A stretch of 64,000 nucleotides of DNA. It comes from Mytilus edulis (taxonomy: Eukaryota). The notes beneath the pieces were generated by a model, which had not been told where the DNA came from, did no database searches, and saw only the letters and a list, made by a program, of their open reading frames with translations. Where the stretch lies: NCBI RefSeq assembly GCF_963676685.1, contig NC_092346.1:64170001-64234000 (forward strand), in the 5' to 3' direction. This document shows positions 42,011 through 53,930 of this stretch, piece after piece. Position numbers and translations under genes: made by a program. The stretch's first letter is position 1. Each line of letters opens with the position of its first letter.

Positions 42011-42815
42011 CTAGATGAATTGTTTTGAAAAAATCTGACCATGTGAAAATCTAATCACTGGTGGGTGTTTAAAGCTACTGGTGTTAATGGCAGATTTTGG
42101 TAGTCTTCTGTATATTTAGGATTTTGTATTCTTTTACATACTTCTTAATACTGTGATATACTCATTTTCTTTAAGGTCAACAAAAGATATATTTTAGATG
42201 TTATCACACATTTGATAAAAAATTTACTTTAAAAGTAAATCATGATCAAATTTTGTCTAAGGCTTTGAATGTTCTCAGAACATGACCAAGTATAACAATA
42301 AATATAACCCATAAATAAAAGTTAGGGATAGTAATTGACAAATTGTCTAATATAATGATCCCTTGATAAAAAAAAGATGAATTAAAGTCTTGAAGTATTG
42401 TGGTAAAATGATGTTAAATTAAGAAATTAATTGCATGGCCTATCTGTCTGTAATGATTATTATAGATCACAGAACTTAAAAGCACCATTTTTATTGAGGC
42501 AAGATAACTGACATGTTATAATGTTTATTAAACATGCCTTAATGCTTGTATTGGTATTTTTACACCTAGGAGAATTAATGATTTTGCAGGTTTTGATTTG
42601 CACACCTGTAAGGAATAAACTGCACAAACAAAAAAGTTACTGAAAGTGAGATGTTGAATTTAACCAGCATTTTTTTTTAGTGTTTTGATACATTTAATGT
42701 CTTTGATCTCTAGTATGTGCTTGGCTCTTTTATTGGGTTATAAAATTGAATGCAAGATTTGCTGGAGTTTACTTTTGATGGTTAAAAACTTATCTATTGC
42801 ATCTGAAGTTATACT

Positions 42816-43325
42816 ATACTTGTCAGAATATTGTTGAAAAAGAGCTCAAAGTTATACTTTATACTGCAATCAGCTATTTTACTATACAGATAAAGCTATA
42901 CGTATAAACATTAGCTTTATAACCTCAACTAACCTATAAGCCCCGCCTTCTTACCAGAACTACTATATTTCATCAACAACGTCACGTCACAACCATGACA
43001 ACGTGTAGTAACAATGGTAAAACTTTTATGAATTTAAACTTGTTATGTCTTCAAATTTATATACCATGTTTATTAAATGTTATTAATTAAGTTCATTTTT
43101 CCTTTCTAATTCCTTAAAATGTCAATGTCCTATTGCCTGGACTACGGTCATAGGGAAATACCCAAAAATGGTACCTCAAAAGGGAAATTCCAAACACTTT
43201 TTTTTAAACAATATTTGTTACATATTTTATTTTTTTATTTTTTTTATTTTTTATCGATTTCAGTATAAAAACAATATACGTAAAGTGTCTAAATACTTGT
43301 CAGAATATTGTTGAAAAAGAGCTCA
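42816..43325. repeat. 33-bp exact direct repeat bracketing a 444-bp insert
   Basis: ATACTTGTCAGAATATTGTTGAAAAAGAGCTCA at 42816-42848 and 43293-43325. Confidence 0.9.
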
Positions 43326-43630
43326 TTGTACAACAAGCACTCATATTTTTTTTTTAAACCAGCCATATATGAAATACAGACTGTACTCGCAATTGTTAAA
43401 CATGTATATATATATGTATATATTCTGTATTGCTTCCAGAAGTAGAGTGTAAAAGTAATAAACACAGTAAACACAAAATAATTAATCAATTGAACAAAAT
43501 ATGCAAGATAAATCAGAATGTCATGATCAGTTGAAATGACTTAGTGTCAATAATGCATATTTCAGTTATTTTAATCTGGCATTGAAGTTACAAATTTATA
43601 GATAAGTAAATAGAATTGTGTATTTTTTAG

Positions 43631-43727
43631 ATGGAGACTATTGTGGAGAAGATGCAGGATGAACAAACTGGTGTTCCTGTTCGAACTGTCAAAAGCTTCA
43701 TGTCAAAAGTCCCTAGTGTTTTCACAG
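43631..43727 (+). CDS. RGS7: R7-family RGS coding exon 2 (start of DEP domain)
   Basis: TTTTTTAG|ATG...CACAG|GTAACG; 97 nt. [32 protein letters not shown] matches RGS7 [32 protein letters not shown]. Confidence 0.95.
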
Positions 43728-44894
43728 GTAACGTTAACTGGAATATAGATATCCTGGTCAAAGAAGAGCAGTGTAATTTGTGTTCTTCATGAACGACAAT
43801 TGTTTCATAGGAACACTGATGTTAACTATTGCTGAAACAGTCTTACAAAAACATGGTGTTTATCTTTTATCAGAGACTATAGAAGTAGGAAGTAAATAAC
43901 TATACAGCTTTCAATAATGAGCCAAGCCCATACCATATGATATGATATATAAACAAGGCCCTAGCTGGTATGAGAAAATGTGTAACAATTTAAAAGAGAA
44001 AACCTATGGCTTAATTTATGCTTAATGTAACTAACGAAAAACAAACCAGACAGCAGCCAATGGCAGTCAATACATGCTCCAGCTGTGACACAGGCAAAAA
44101 AGATCTTAGTCACTTTTTAAATTTGATCAGATCTACATGTACATGAATTTCTTTCAAGCTTTAATGCATTAATTATATAAAGCAGGTCTAAAATAGTGAT
44201 GTGTGAGTTTGTCTATCTATTAGTTTTTTCCCTATATTTTTTGCTCTAAATATCAATGCTGTTGTTTAAAATTGTTTTATTAAAAAACTAAAACAATTGA
44301 CAATACCTTTTATACCACCCCAATTTATTCAGAAGAATGGATATTGAGGATATGTAAAAGAAAAACTTCAAATCTAAAGTTAGTACGACCTAACTTAAAA
44401 GTAATATTTGTATTACTTCCGCCAGTAGATCCTTTTTCTTGTTTTTCTACATCGATTATGAATTGGTGACTTTACCAAAGGAGTAATGACATTGGTAACA
44501 TGTCAATATGCCTATTGAAGGTCAACAAGTCCTCTAGTTGGATGACCTCATGTAACAGTTGCATGTAAATAGGAGGACTTAGAACAAGGACATTAACTTT
44601 TATAATATCAGACGGATTATAGTTAAATCAATGGAAAACTAAAGTACATAAGAAAGGAGTAAACATCGTTTTCATTTCATAATAAAAGTTGTTTACATTT
44701 GTTTTTTAGAATTCAAGGTTTAATAGGCATCACAGGTTTGAAATAAGGAAGAAGCTAATAAACCTCTAGATTGACATTATAAAATAATTATCACTAGTGC
44801 AGCCAGATATCTTCCTTCAGCACTGTTCTGCTATTACATTTGTTGATAAATTTTACAAAACCAGATAAAGTAAATTGTTAATATTATTTTGCAG

Positions 44895-44945
44895 GTGTTG
44901 ATTTGGTGGCCTGGATGATGAAAAATGTAGATGTTGAAGATCAAG
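44895..44945 (+). CDS. RGS7: R7-family RGS coding exon 3 (DEP domain)
   Basis: TTTTGCAG|GT...CAAG|GTAGG; 51 nt, phase 1-1. (G)VDLVAWMMKNVDVEDQ aligns to RGS7 GSDIVQWLIKNLTIEDP. Confidence 0.92.
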
Positions 44946-47048
44946 GTAGGTTTCGAGAAACATATGGAGAAAAAAAAAATAAAAAAAAACTTTACACTTT
45001 GAACCTGAAATCACAGATTGAGTAATGAAAAAGATACATAATGGTATATCTGAATGGCTTTTATAGAGAATATTCATAAATAATGTCTTTAGCCATCTTA
45101 TCATAATGTGCATTTTTGTATGTGTCCTACATTGGATTAAAACATTGCTAATAATTTTCAAATCACATTTTAAACTTAGCCTTTTTTTTAAGGAAAAAAC
45201 ATTAATTGTTGATGGTAGCCTATATAAATGGTAGTGTTTCTCAAAAAGTTCTAAGAATTGTTATTCTTTGACCCCTAGTTCCCACTCCAGGTTAAGTCCT
45301 TCTGCTCAATCCTTCTGTAGACCTTTGACCCAGATCTATTCTCTCTTTATCTATCATCTCTATTCATGTTTTCCTGTCCAGTCAGTAAACTTTTCTTGCT
45401 CAACCTTTTTTTTTACTGACTAGGCATATGATAGAAGAAACAATGAGATATAAAAAAAAATAGAGAAGCGCTTGCATTCTTTAAAAAGAAATTACTGTTT
45501 TCTCTTGAAGTCACCTTGAAAGTACAGTCATAAACAACTGGTAAAAATGTGGAAATGAAAGTGAGCGAATTAAAGAAGATATTATCTAACTTTAATTGAC
45601 AATGATATCTTTAACAGAAGTAAGATCATTAGTATACTATTAATATTACATTCATACAAATTCTTGGCTCAAAAGATCGTCTTCCTAATTCATGATATAT
45701 TAATTTAAGCTCAACATAGAATCCTAACAACTGCTAGTTATATTATTTTATAAGGTCATTTATTTCATTTGAAACCGCTTATTATAATAAATATGTTTTG
45801 TGGTTTAAGTAAAAAGTAATGTATTGAGAAAGACCAACCAGTATTATATACCTAAGAAATTTCTTTTTGGGCAATACATTCATAGTTTTATATGAGAATG
45901 ATATTACAGAATAATAATTCTAGTCGAATAGGTGTATTTCATCATGAAGTCTTTCCACCATGGCCTATAAGGTATTTACATCCAACAGATTTTTTCCACA
46001 TGAAATTGTCAATTTTCATGAAGAATTTCAGTACCATTACGTTTCTGTATATATTACACAAAAACAGACTTTTATTCTCTGTTTCATGTAGTCAGTAATG
46101 TTGAAGATTGATTGTGCTTCAGAGGTGTTTTAAAAGTAAGATTACTAAAACTGAACATAAAATCTGAAAATAGCTTTTCCTACTGCATAATGAAATAAAT
46201 CATTGCAATCAATCAGAGTTGATTAGAATAATTGCTTTCATCAGGCAATATATTGTTATAACATGTGTTTTATACATACATGTGTTAATTGGTGAAATTT
46301 ATTAGATTCATAACTTGTTGCATGATTAGAATTGTGTAAATGAAATCCTATTGATAAAACAAGAATAAAATGAAATGATATCTTGTAAACTAAAACCCAA
46401 CAAGCATATTTAAAACCACTCCCAGGTAAATGTTTATGGGATTCAGAAGCTATAAATCGTTACTCTACACTTGATTTTAGATTTTCCTTTTTGAATTTTC
46501 CTCGGAGTTCAGTATTTTTGTGTTTTTACTTTTTTCTAATACAGGATAAAAATTCTAGTACCAAACTTAGAAAATTTCTCAGTAGAAAGGGGTCTAGAAA
46601 ATGCCTAAATTGTAATGAGGCTGTTAACGACCTAAACACAATTCTTCAAGAAACAGCTTTGGCTTCGGCCAAATTTATTAAAGGGCGCAAACAAATAAAC
46701 CAAAAAGAAAACCCTGGTTTTCAGGTTCATGCAATGGCTTAAATAAAATCGTTAAGCACTATGCCTTTCTTATAAATAAATTTCCATTTAATGGAGCTTA
46801 CAGAAAAGAATATTACTCCTATCGTTCAAAATTGAGGCGAAAATGTAAACAAAAAGAAAAAATATACAAGAATAAAATATGTTCAGATCTGTCCAATAAT
46901 ATCAAAAGTGACCCAAAATCCTTCTGGGACTTACTTAATAAATTGAAAGGAGTATCAGAAAATAATATTACAGAAAAACTGGATGAGCAAACATTCTATA
47001 TGCTCTTCAACTTTGTAATTGTTTGGCTTTATAAATATTTTGATATGA

Positions 47049-47092
47049 GCGTCACTGATGAGTCTTATGTAGACGAAACGCACGTCTGGCGT
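47049..47092 (+). ncRNA. Minimal type I hammerhead ribozyme motif in a ~128-bp Penelope/retrozyme-type insert (~47001-47128)
   Basis: Stem I GCGUCA/UGGCGU, CUGAUGA core, stem II GUCU-uaugu-AGAC, GAAA, short near-palindromic stem III ACGCACGU, GUC cleavage triplet ending at 47086. Insert flanked by a CTATA duplication. Confidence 0.75.
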
Positions 47093-47471
47093 ACTAAATT
47101 ATAATCCTGGTACCTTTGATAACTATAACTTCTTAAAAAAATTAAATTCTTGTGAAGCTCAACCAAAGGACAGTAAATTTCATAAAATGGTAATTTTTGA
47201 AATCTCAAGAAGAGATTTTATATGAATTTATAGGGTTAAATATACTTACCATGAAATTACATTTATAATATATAGAATATGTTTGCTTTCACAACATGTT
47301 CTCATCGCAATTAACTAGGTGATTAAAAATTACATCCATGAGATGTACTCACCTACGTCATAGTTCACCTGTGTAACATACACTAGCTTTAGTTTTAATT
47401 TGTCGTTTAATTGAATAATTTCAATTAAGTGAACAAAAAACTGAATTTATTCCAGGGGTGGTGGTGGATTG

Positions 47472-47596
47472 TGGTAAGTATATTTAACCCTATAAATTCA
47501 TATAAAATCTCTTCTTGAGATTTCAAAAATTACCATTTTATATGAATTTGGTTAAATATACTTACCATGAAATTACATTTATAATATATAGAATAT
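47472..47596. repeat. Internal complementary region (ICR) of the DIRS-type element
   Basis: 47472-47539 is the reverse complement of the left terminus including its extension; 47536-47596 is the reverse complement of the right terminus. Confidence 0.9.
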
Positions 47597-50500
47597 TTAC
47601 TGATTAACAAGCAGTATTTCATTTGGTGGAGGATAAATTCTCTCACACACATACAATTTCAACATATAAAAAATTATGTGAATTTTTTTTAAAAAGTAAC
47701 TCCATTAAATTTTGTAAATACGGATATTAGTAAAAACCGAAATTACTGAATTTATTATACAATGAAGCTATGCTGCATAACTATATGTATCAATGGCAAA
47801 CTTTGCAGATTGTATAAATACAAGTATGCAAAATTAATAGACTTGATGTAGAGTTGTCTCAATGGCACTCACATGTATATATATACCCCATCTTTCTATA
47901 TCTGATGAATAAATAATCTGCAGGTCAGTATAGAAATAATTATATTAAAGCTCCTTCATTATGAGCTAAATGTGTTGTAATATTTATGCAACAGTAAATA
48001 AGCATTTATTTCTGAATAGGTTGTTCTTGTTGCTTGTACAAATCGACAAGAACTAATCCAACCTTAATTTCATTACTTTCCACTTTGAAACTAAGTTTAT
48101 TTGGAAACATTATTACCTTTCTTTGACTTTCCATTGTTTTCTCTATATTAATATAATAACAGATAATATATGATTGCTGTCGTCTTTTGATAACCTGATA
48201 AATATCACATCTTTCGAAATAAATTCTTTTCTACTTAATTAAAGAATTATAATCAATTAAAATATACTTTGTAAATAGGTGTCCTTAATACAATCAAAGT
48301 TTATTAAAGACTCAAACCAAAGTTGTTTCATGATTATGCTAAATCTGGATTAATCTTTAAACTTTTTTAAAGTTATAGTCCCTGAGAATTTGCTTCTCTG
48401 CTAGATATACTACTTTTAATATTTTATAGATTTAGAATAAAATATTTTCATCAAGAGAAGTATTGTACTATTGTATAATGACAATTCTCTAAACTGACTA
48501 AATTTAAAAAATCTGATAAAATTTCTATGAGTGGTAGAACCTTTGAATACAATGTCTACCATTTCAACCATGAACAATATTTTTGTTTTGTATTGGACTA
48601 CTCAAGTGTAAAAATACAGAAAAGGACAAATCAGTGGAAAAGTTTCAGTATACATGTTTCCATTGATATACTGCTTCCACAGAACATTTGGATGTTGAGC
48701 TGAATTAAAGCCATGATTGTTGTCCTTATAAGTCCAAAAAGAATGCTAACAGATGATTTTCTCCAGCTATGAAAAATCTGTCTAAAATAAAATGTTTTGA
48801 TATTTCTAATTAACATTCACAACGGTTAACTTTCTAGAATATCTTGCCATGTACAGTTCCAAATTTAAAGAAACAAAAATTTGACATAATGAACAACTCT
48901 TGTATGTTGCTCTTGACAATTGTTTATATTAATTTCAGAAATTATTTCGCTATCAGAAATACTAAAATGCAACTTGTCAAATATAGTTCTATAGTTGTAT
49001 TTAAAGAAAAACACTTGTTTGGCAATATGGAAAACACTTGTACCAACTTGCAGTATCCTTAAGTGTTCTTAGTTATTTCAGAAATGGTTTCACTATCAAA
49101 AATGCTCATTTTATTTCTGTCTTGGTTCACCTCATCTGAATCCTATACATTCTGATATGATTCAATATATATCAACCAAACAGCTTTTGGTAGTATTTTG
49201 TGACTTCAACCCATTCATTTGGTTAACTTAGTCACTCAGAAGAATTTTGCATTTGTCCCCAGATTTGGCAAAAACAAAATTAATGTGATTTAAATAATCA
49301 CATCTTTCAAAACAATATTGAATCAAAATTCAAAGTAATTTTTAAAATAAACACATTTCAATTATGTGTAGCATATTCTTGCATAAGATACTAACTGTAT
49401 GCTATATATTTATATTATTCTGGCTGGTAATATGGAAATTGAAAAGTGAATAATTACCATCAATTCCGAGGTTAAAATCACATGCATTCGGAAAACCTTC
49501 CTGCATATAGATAATATACAACTTGACTTTGACCAGACTAGATTTTTGTAACTTTATGCTTATAATGAGCAAAAATAAAAATAAACAGTGACATTTTAAT
49601 ATTTAGGTATAATATTAAGAAAATGTCTCGCATTTGATTTGATATAATCATGGAATTATCATACTATATTTTACTTCCATGTACTATTCTTAGACTATTG
49701 AAAGCTATTTGCTAACTATTAATCAGTCTTTTAAATAAATTGCTTTTCCTACATTTTGCTGTAAGATTAACTGCTTCTACACTGGTGCTAAAATTTGAGA
49801 ACCAATTGAAATGTATATATATTATGTTTATATTGGTACATCATGTGTTACTCCAAAAAAAACCTCTTCTTTTTTTCTGCATCTCGTAAAGACTGACTAA
49901 ATAAAAGGTTTATATAAAGAGCTGTATAATAGATAGTTTCAAATCTTGAGAACTACTTCAATTTCCTAGACCATGTCTAGCATTTTAAATAAATCCTGCA
50001 TCCACAATGCTTTAAATCTTATTTATTTATTTACCAATATCTTACTAATTTTTTTACAAGATCTAAATTAATGATAATCTTGTTTCTATAAATAAGCATA
50101 TTTGAGTCCTCTATACTTCAGAATTCTGAATCAATATTTAACTCTAGGAAAAACAATGTGTAGCCATTGCATAAACTGTTTGGTTCTACCAATCTCACAT
50201 TAAGAATAAAACGGACCCAATGAATGAATCCTTATAGCAGAAACTTGCCCATCTGTTGGCATTGCTTAGAAAACTTAAGATGTAAATTAAGGCATAATTT
50301 TCTATCTTTAAAAGAGCATCCAAACTCCTTTTGCTTTCATGATTGGAAGATATATGTATAATTTGACAGTGATTCCCATATAGTGAGGGTAAGATAGTCT
50401 CTTAAGTCTTACGTTATCACCTTTTTTTTTTTTTTTTTTTTTTTTTGTACTCAAAACAAAACAGAATTAGTACATATTATATTTAATAAATGCATTGGCA

Positions 50501-51174
50501 ATGTACACTCTGAATTATGTAATCATTATATAAGCCATTACCTTGAATGAGTCTTTGTGAAATGCATCATGGCATCCCCTAAATTCTTTATTCAATAGAC
50601 AATCTAATGTTTACATAAAAACATATAAAAGCCTTTGTTTCCTTACTGCCGACAAAAACAAACAATTGGTTATAGCAGTTCATACTTATAATATTCATGT
50701 TCTTCTTGTCATAAGTAAACTGACCATGAAATTTAATATAAGTAAAAAGAGTTGTCACAAGCTATCAACTGTATTTAGAACAGTGCTCCATTCTTACTGT
50801 CTCCATGTCTGTTAGAGCATTGGAGAATTAATTATCAGTAAAAAAAAAAAAAAAAATAATTAAATATTTACAGCAATTTGCTGTTCTGGAAAAATATTTC
50901 AGGCTTCTAAGAATTACTGTCCTGATTTAAACTGGACATATTTAAAAGAAGTATGTATTGGTATGCTTAAACTACAATCACATTTGTATTGTACTAGATA
51001 ACAATGTATCATTTTCAGTGTCTTTAATATCTGTCTTGACTATTTCCAGACACTTGTTCAATATATTATCAATATGAGCAAATATGTTAATTGACTAAAC
51101 TGTTGGTTCATCACAAAAAACAATGTGCAACCAAATATTAGCTATGCTTGTGTTGTTTTAAAATATAATAAAAG

Positions 51175-51992
51175 TAGACATAATGTTCCCTGGGTGGAAG
51201 GATGTCTAGAAAAGTCAGATAGACCTGGACTTAAATTCACTAGTCTGATTCTAATTTATTTTATTTGCAACAATCATCCACGTGCAATTCTATGCTCCAT
51301 AAATATCAATGTGCAATAAATAAATAGTTATGATTTAATTTTATGTAAGATATCAAATCTGTATTTTATTAGAATGAATGCAACTTACAGATTCTAAATC
51401 ATGCATGTTGTTCTAGTTCCTATGTTTCCTGTATGAAACATGTCAACATTAATCAAATAGACTTGGGCAAAATCCCTATTCTATTTTAAGTCTATAGTGA
51501 TCCATTGAGCACGTTTTATTTTCAATAAATATGGTTTATGTTCCCTGAATGGAAGGTTAACCAAATAAACATCATCAGTTGTGGGCAAAATCCCTATTCT
51601 GATTGTGATGTATTTATCAACTGTTAAAACAGTATCACTGTTGGTCTACGCTCCCTGTATGGAACGTTTTCCAAATAAAACAATCAGAAATGGGCAGATT
51701 CCCTTTTCTGATTGAAATTTATTGAACCAATTGAGGTTCTAGTCACAATAGTGGTATACGCTCCCATACGGACGTTATCCACATTAAAATAATCAGATCT
51801 GGTCAAAATACCTATTCTGATTTAATAGTTATGTGTTTACACAGTCTCGTGTACCAGGTGTACACGTAACAGACTGCAAATTGTAAACAATCGAACCAAT
51901 TGAGGTTCTAGTGACAATAGTGGTATACGCTCCCATACGGACGTTTTCCACATGAAAAACAATCAGATCTGGTCATAATACCTATTCTGATT
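51175..51992. repeat. Array of six ~75-nt double-hairpin units with variable spacers inside the DIRS-type element
   Basis: Units at 51175-51250, 51405-51486, 51532-51604, 51641-51713, 51751-51822 and 51920-51992, with compensatory stem substitutions. The last two lie in a ~169-bp tandem duplication. Confidence 0.75.
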
Positions 51993-52720
51993 TTAATATA
52001 GTGATGTGTTTACACAGTCTCGTGTACAGACTGCAAATTGTAAACAATCGACTTTATCCAAACTTTAAACTCGACCCGTTTCGTAGCATTGCTCTAATGC
52101 AGTGAAAAATCCGGTCAGCTGAGCGTGAAAAAAGAAATAAACATCCGTTAAAATATATATCTTTTTAAAAACGTAGCACTCACGTAACATGTCCGATTTT
52201 GACAGCTAAATTCTGCCTTTCCTCGGACCCGATTTAATATTTGAAAATGGCGGCTAAACAAAGGTCATTTTCTATGTCGTCGTATTTCCAGACTCGTAAG
52301 CTGTAAAAATGACGAAAACGTGCATATCAGAAACTTGGCAGAAGCGCTGTATTCTGATTCACATTAAATTAATCGTATATCGATATTCCGAAAACAAATA
52401 ATGTCTTTTATAAAACATAAGGATTTTCAACAGTAAACTGTTAAAAATCCTTGCCGACGAGAAACATGCGTTCTCTTGAACGCAAAAATTAAAACTAAAG
52501 CTAGTGTATGTTACACAGGTGAACTATGACGTAGGTGAGTACATCTCATGGATGTAATTTTTAATCACCTAGTTAATTGCGATGAGAACATGTTGTGAAA
52601 GCAAACATATTCTATATATTATAAATGTAATTTCATGGTAAGTATATTTAACCAAATTCATATAAAACTAAATTTAAAAAATTAGATGAGCTAATTAATG
52701 CACTAAAAATCAATGATAAT

Positions 52721-53632
52721 ATGTCCTATAACCAACCAATAACATTAGATGAAATAGTTAAAGCCTCTAAAACCTTAAAAAATGGTAAATCCAGTGCAAA
52801 GGACTTGATTTCAAATGAAATGATTAAATATGGTATACCTGTACTAGTTGACCCTTTAACTAAATTACTTAACCTAATCTTCAAAGAAGGAACATTTCCT
52901 AAGGTATGGAATGAAAGTTTCATTTCTGTAATACACAAAAAGGGCAATAAGCTGGACCCTTCAAAATACAGAGGTATTTCTATAACCTCTAATCTGGGAA
53001 AATTATTCAATAAAATTATATATATGAGAATTACAAAATTCATGAATGAACACAACATTATTAGTGAAAACCAAATTGTATTTAAAGAAAAATCCCGTAC
53101 TTCAGATCACATCTTCACCTTAAAATCTATAATAAAACAAAAGAAAAATAAGAAACAGAAGGTGTTTGCTGCCTTTGTTGATCTCAAGAAGGCCTTTGAT
53201 ACAGTTTGGAGAAATGGATTATTTTATATCCTTTTGGAACTTAAATTACCCTGTAAACTTTTTAATATGATTCATTCTATGTATGATGATACTACATGTG
53301 GAATTAAATTCCAAAATGGTCTCAGTGAAGAGTTTGTCTCCAACCGTGGCGTTAAACAGGGAGATGTTCTCAGTCCGTTATTATTTAATCGTTACATAAA
53401 TAACTTGGTTAAAAGTCTCCAAGATGCTAATACAGATCCCATTGTAATTGGAGATACAACAATAAATTCCCTTTTATTTGCAGATGATTTACTTTTATTA
53501 TCAAATTCTGAAAAGGGATTACAAACAGCTTTAAATGTTCTTAGTGATTTTTGTAAATGCTGGAAACTAGAAGTTAACATAAACAAATCAAAAGTCATAA
53601 TATTTTTTTCTTTCTATGAAGAGATAACATAA
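52721..53632 (+). pseudogene. LINE reverse transcriptase domain (truncated ORF2)
   Basis: RT motifs YRGISI, FVDLKKAFDTV, GVKQGDVLSPLLF, LLFADD, LEVNINKSKVI. Cut off at the 3' end by an insertion. Confidence 0.93.
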
Positions 53633-53930
53633 AAAATGTGGTGCACACTGAATAACGTGCGTAGCGGGTTATTTAACAGTGTGCACCACATTTTTTATGT
53701 TATTTCAAATAGACAGATAAAATATTACAGTCATTTCTTATAATTTCTTATAAATTACTTACTTACTTACTTACTTATTTATTATTTAATTCTAAATTCC
53801 ATTTTAAACTGTAGAAAACCATGAAAAAACGTTGATGACGTCACGGTCACATTACTAAATTATGTCTATGGGCTGATAACAAAATAACGTCAGCCAATCA
53901 TAAGACGCGTGACATCCAAAATTAAATTAT
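53600..53930. mobile_element. Hairpin-containing interspersed element at the point where the LINE RT breaks off
   Basis: Palindrome at 53621-53706 (ATAACATAAAAAATGTGGTGCACACTG...CAGTGTGCACCACATTTTTTATGTTAT). Confidence 0.65.

Larger units (their letters stand above)
47184..52667 (-). mobile_element. DIRS1-type (tyrosine-recombinase class) retroelement, non-autonomous or decayed, with ITRs and ICR
   Basis: ~185-bp inverted terminal repeats (~47216-47401 and ~52486-52667) and a ~30-nt extension on one end. The internal complementary region 47472-47596 is the two termini joined at TTTT. No classical TSD; the ends share only the A-run of the host site. Removing the element restores the host LINE reading frame. 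Confidence 0.88.

Noticed and set aside
51175-51992. CRISPR array interpretation of the hairpin-plus-spacer units
   Set aside because: Units are ~75 nt, divergent and irregularly spaced inside a retroelement, with no cas genes. Reported as a structured repeat array instead.
52721-53632. RT ORF as the coding region of the DIRS element or as a host gene
   Set aside because: It lies outside the ITR, has non-LTR RT motifs, and is in frame with the LINE fragment left of the insertion.
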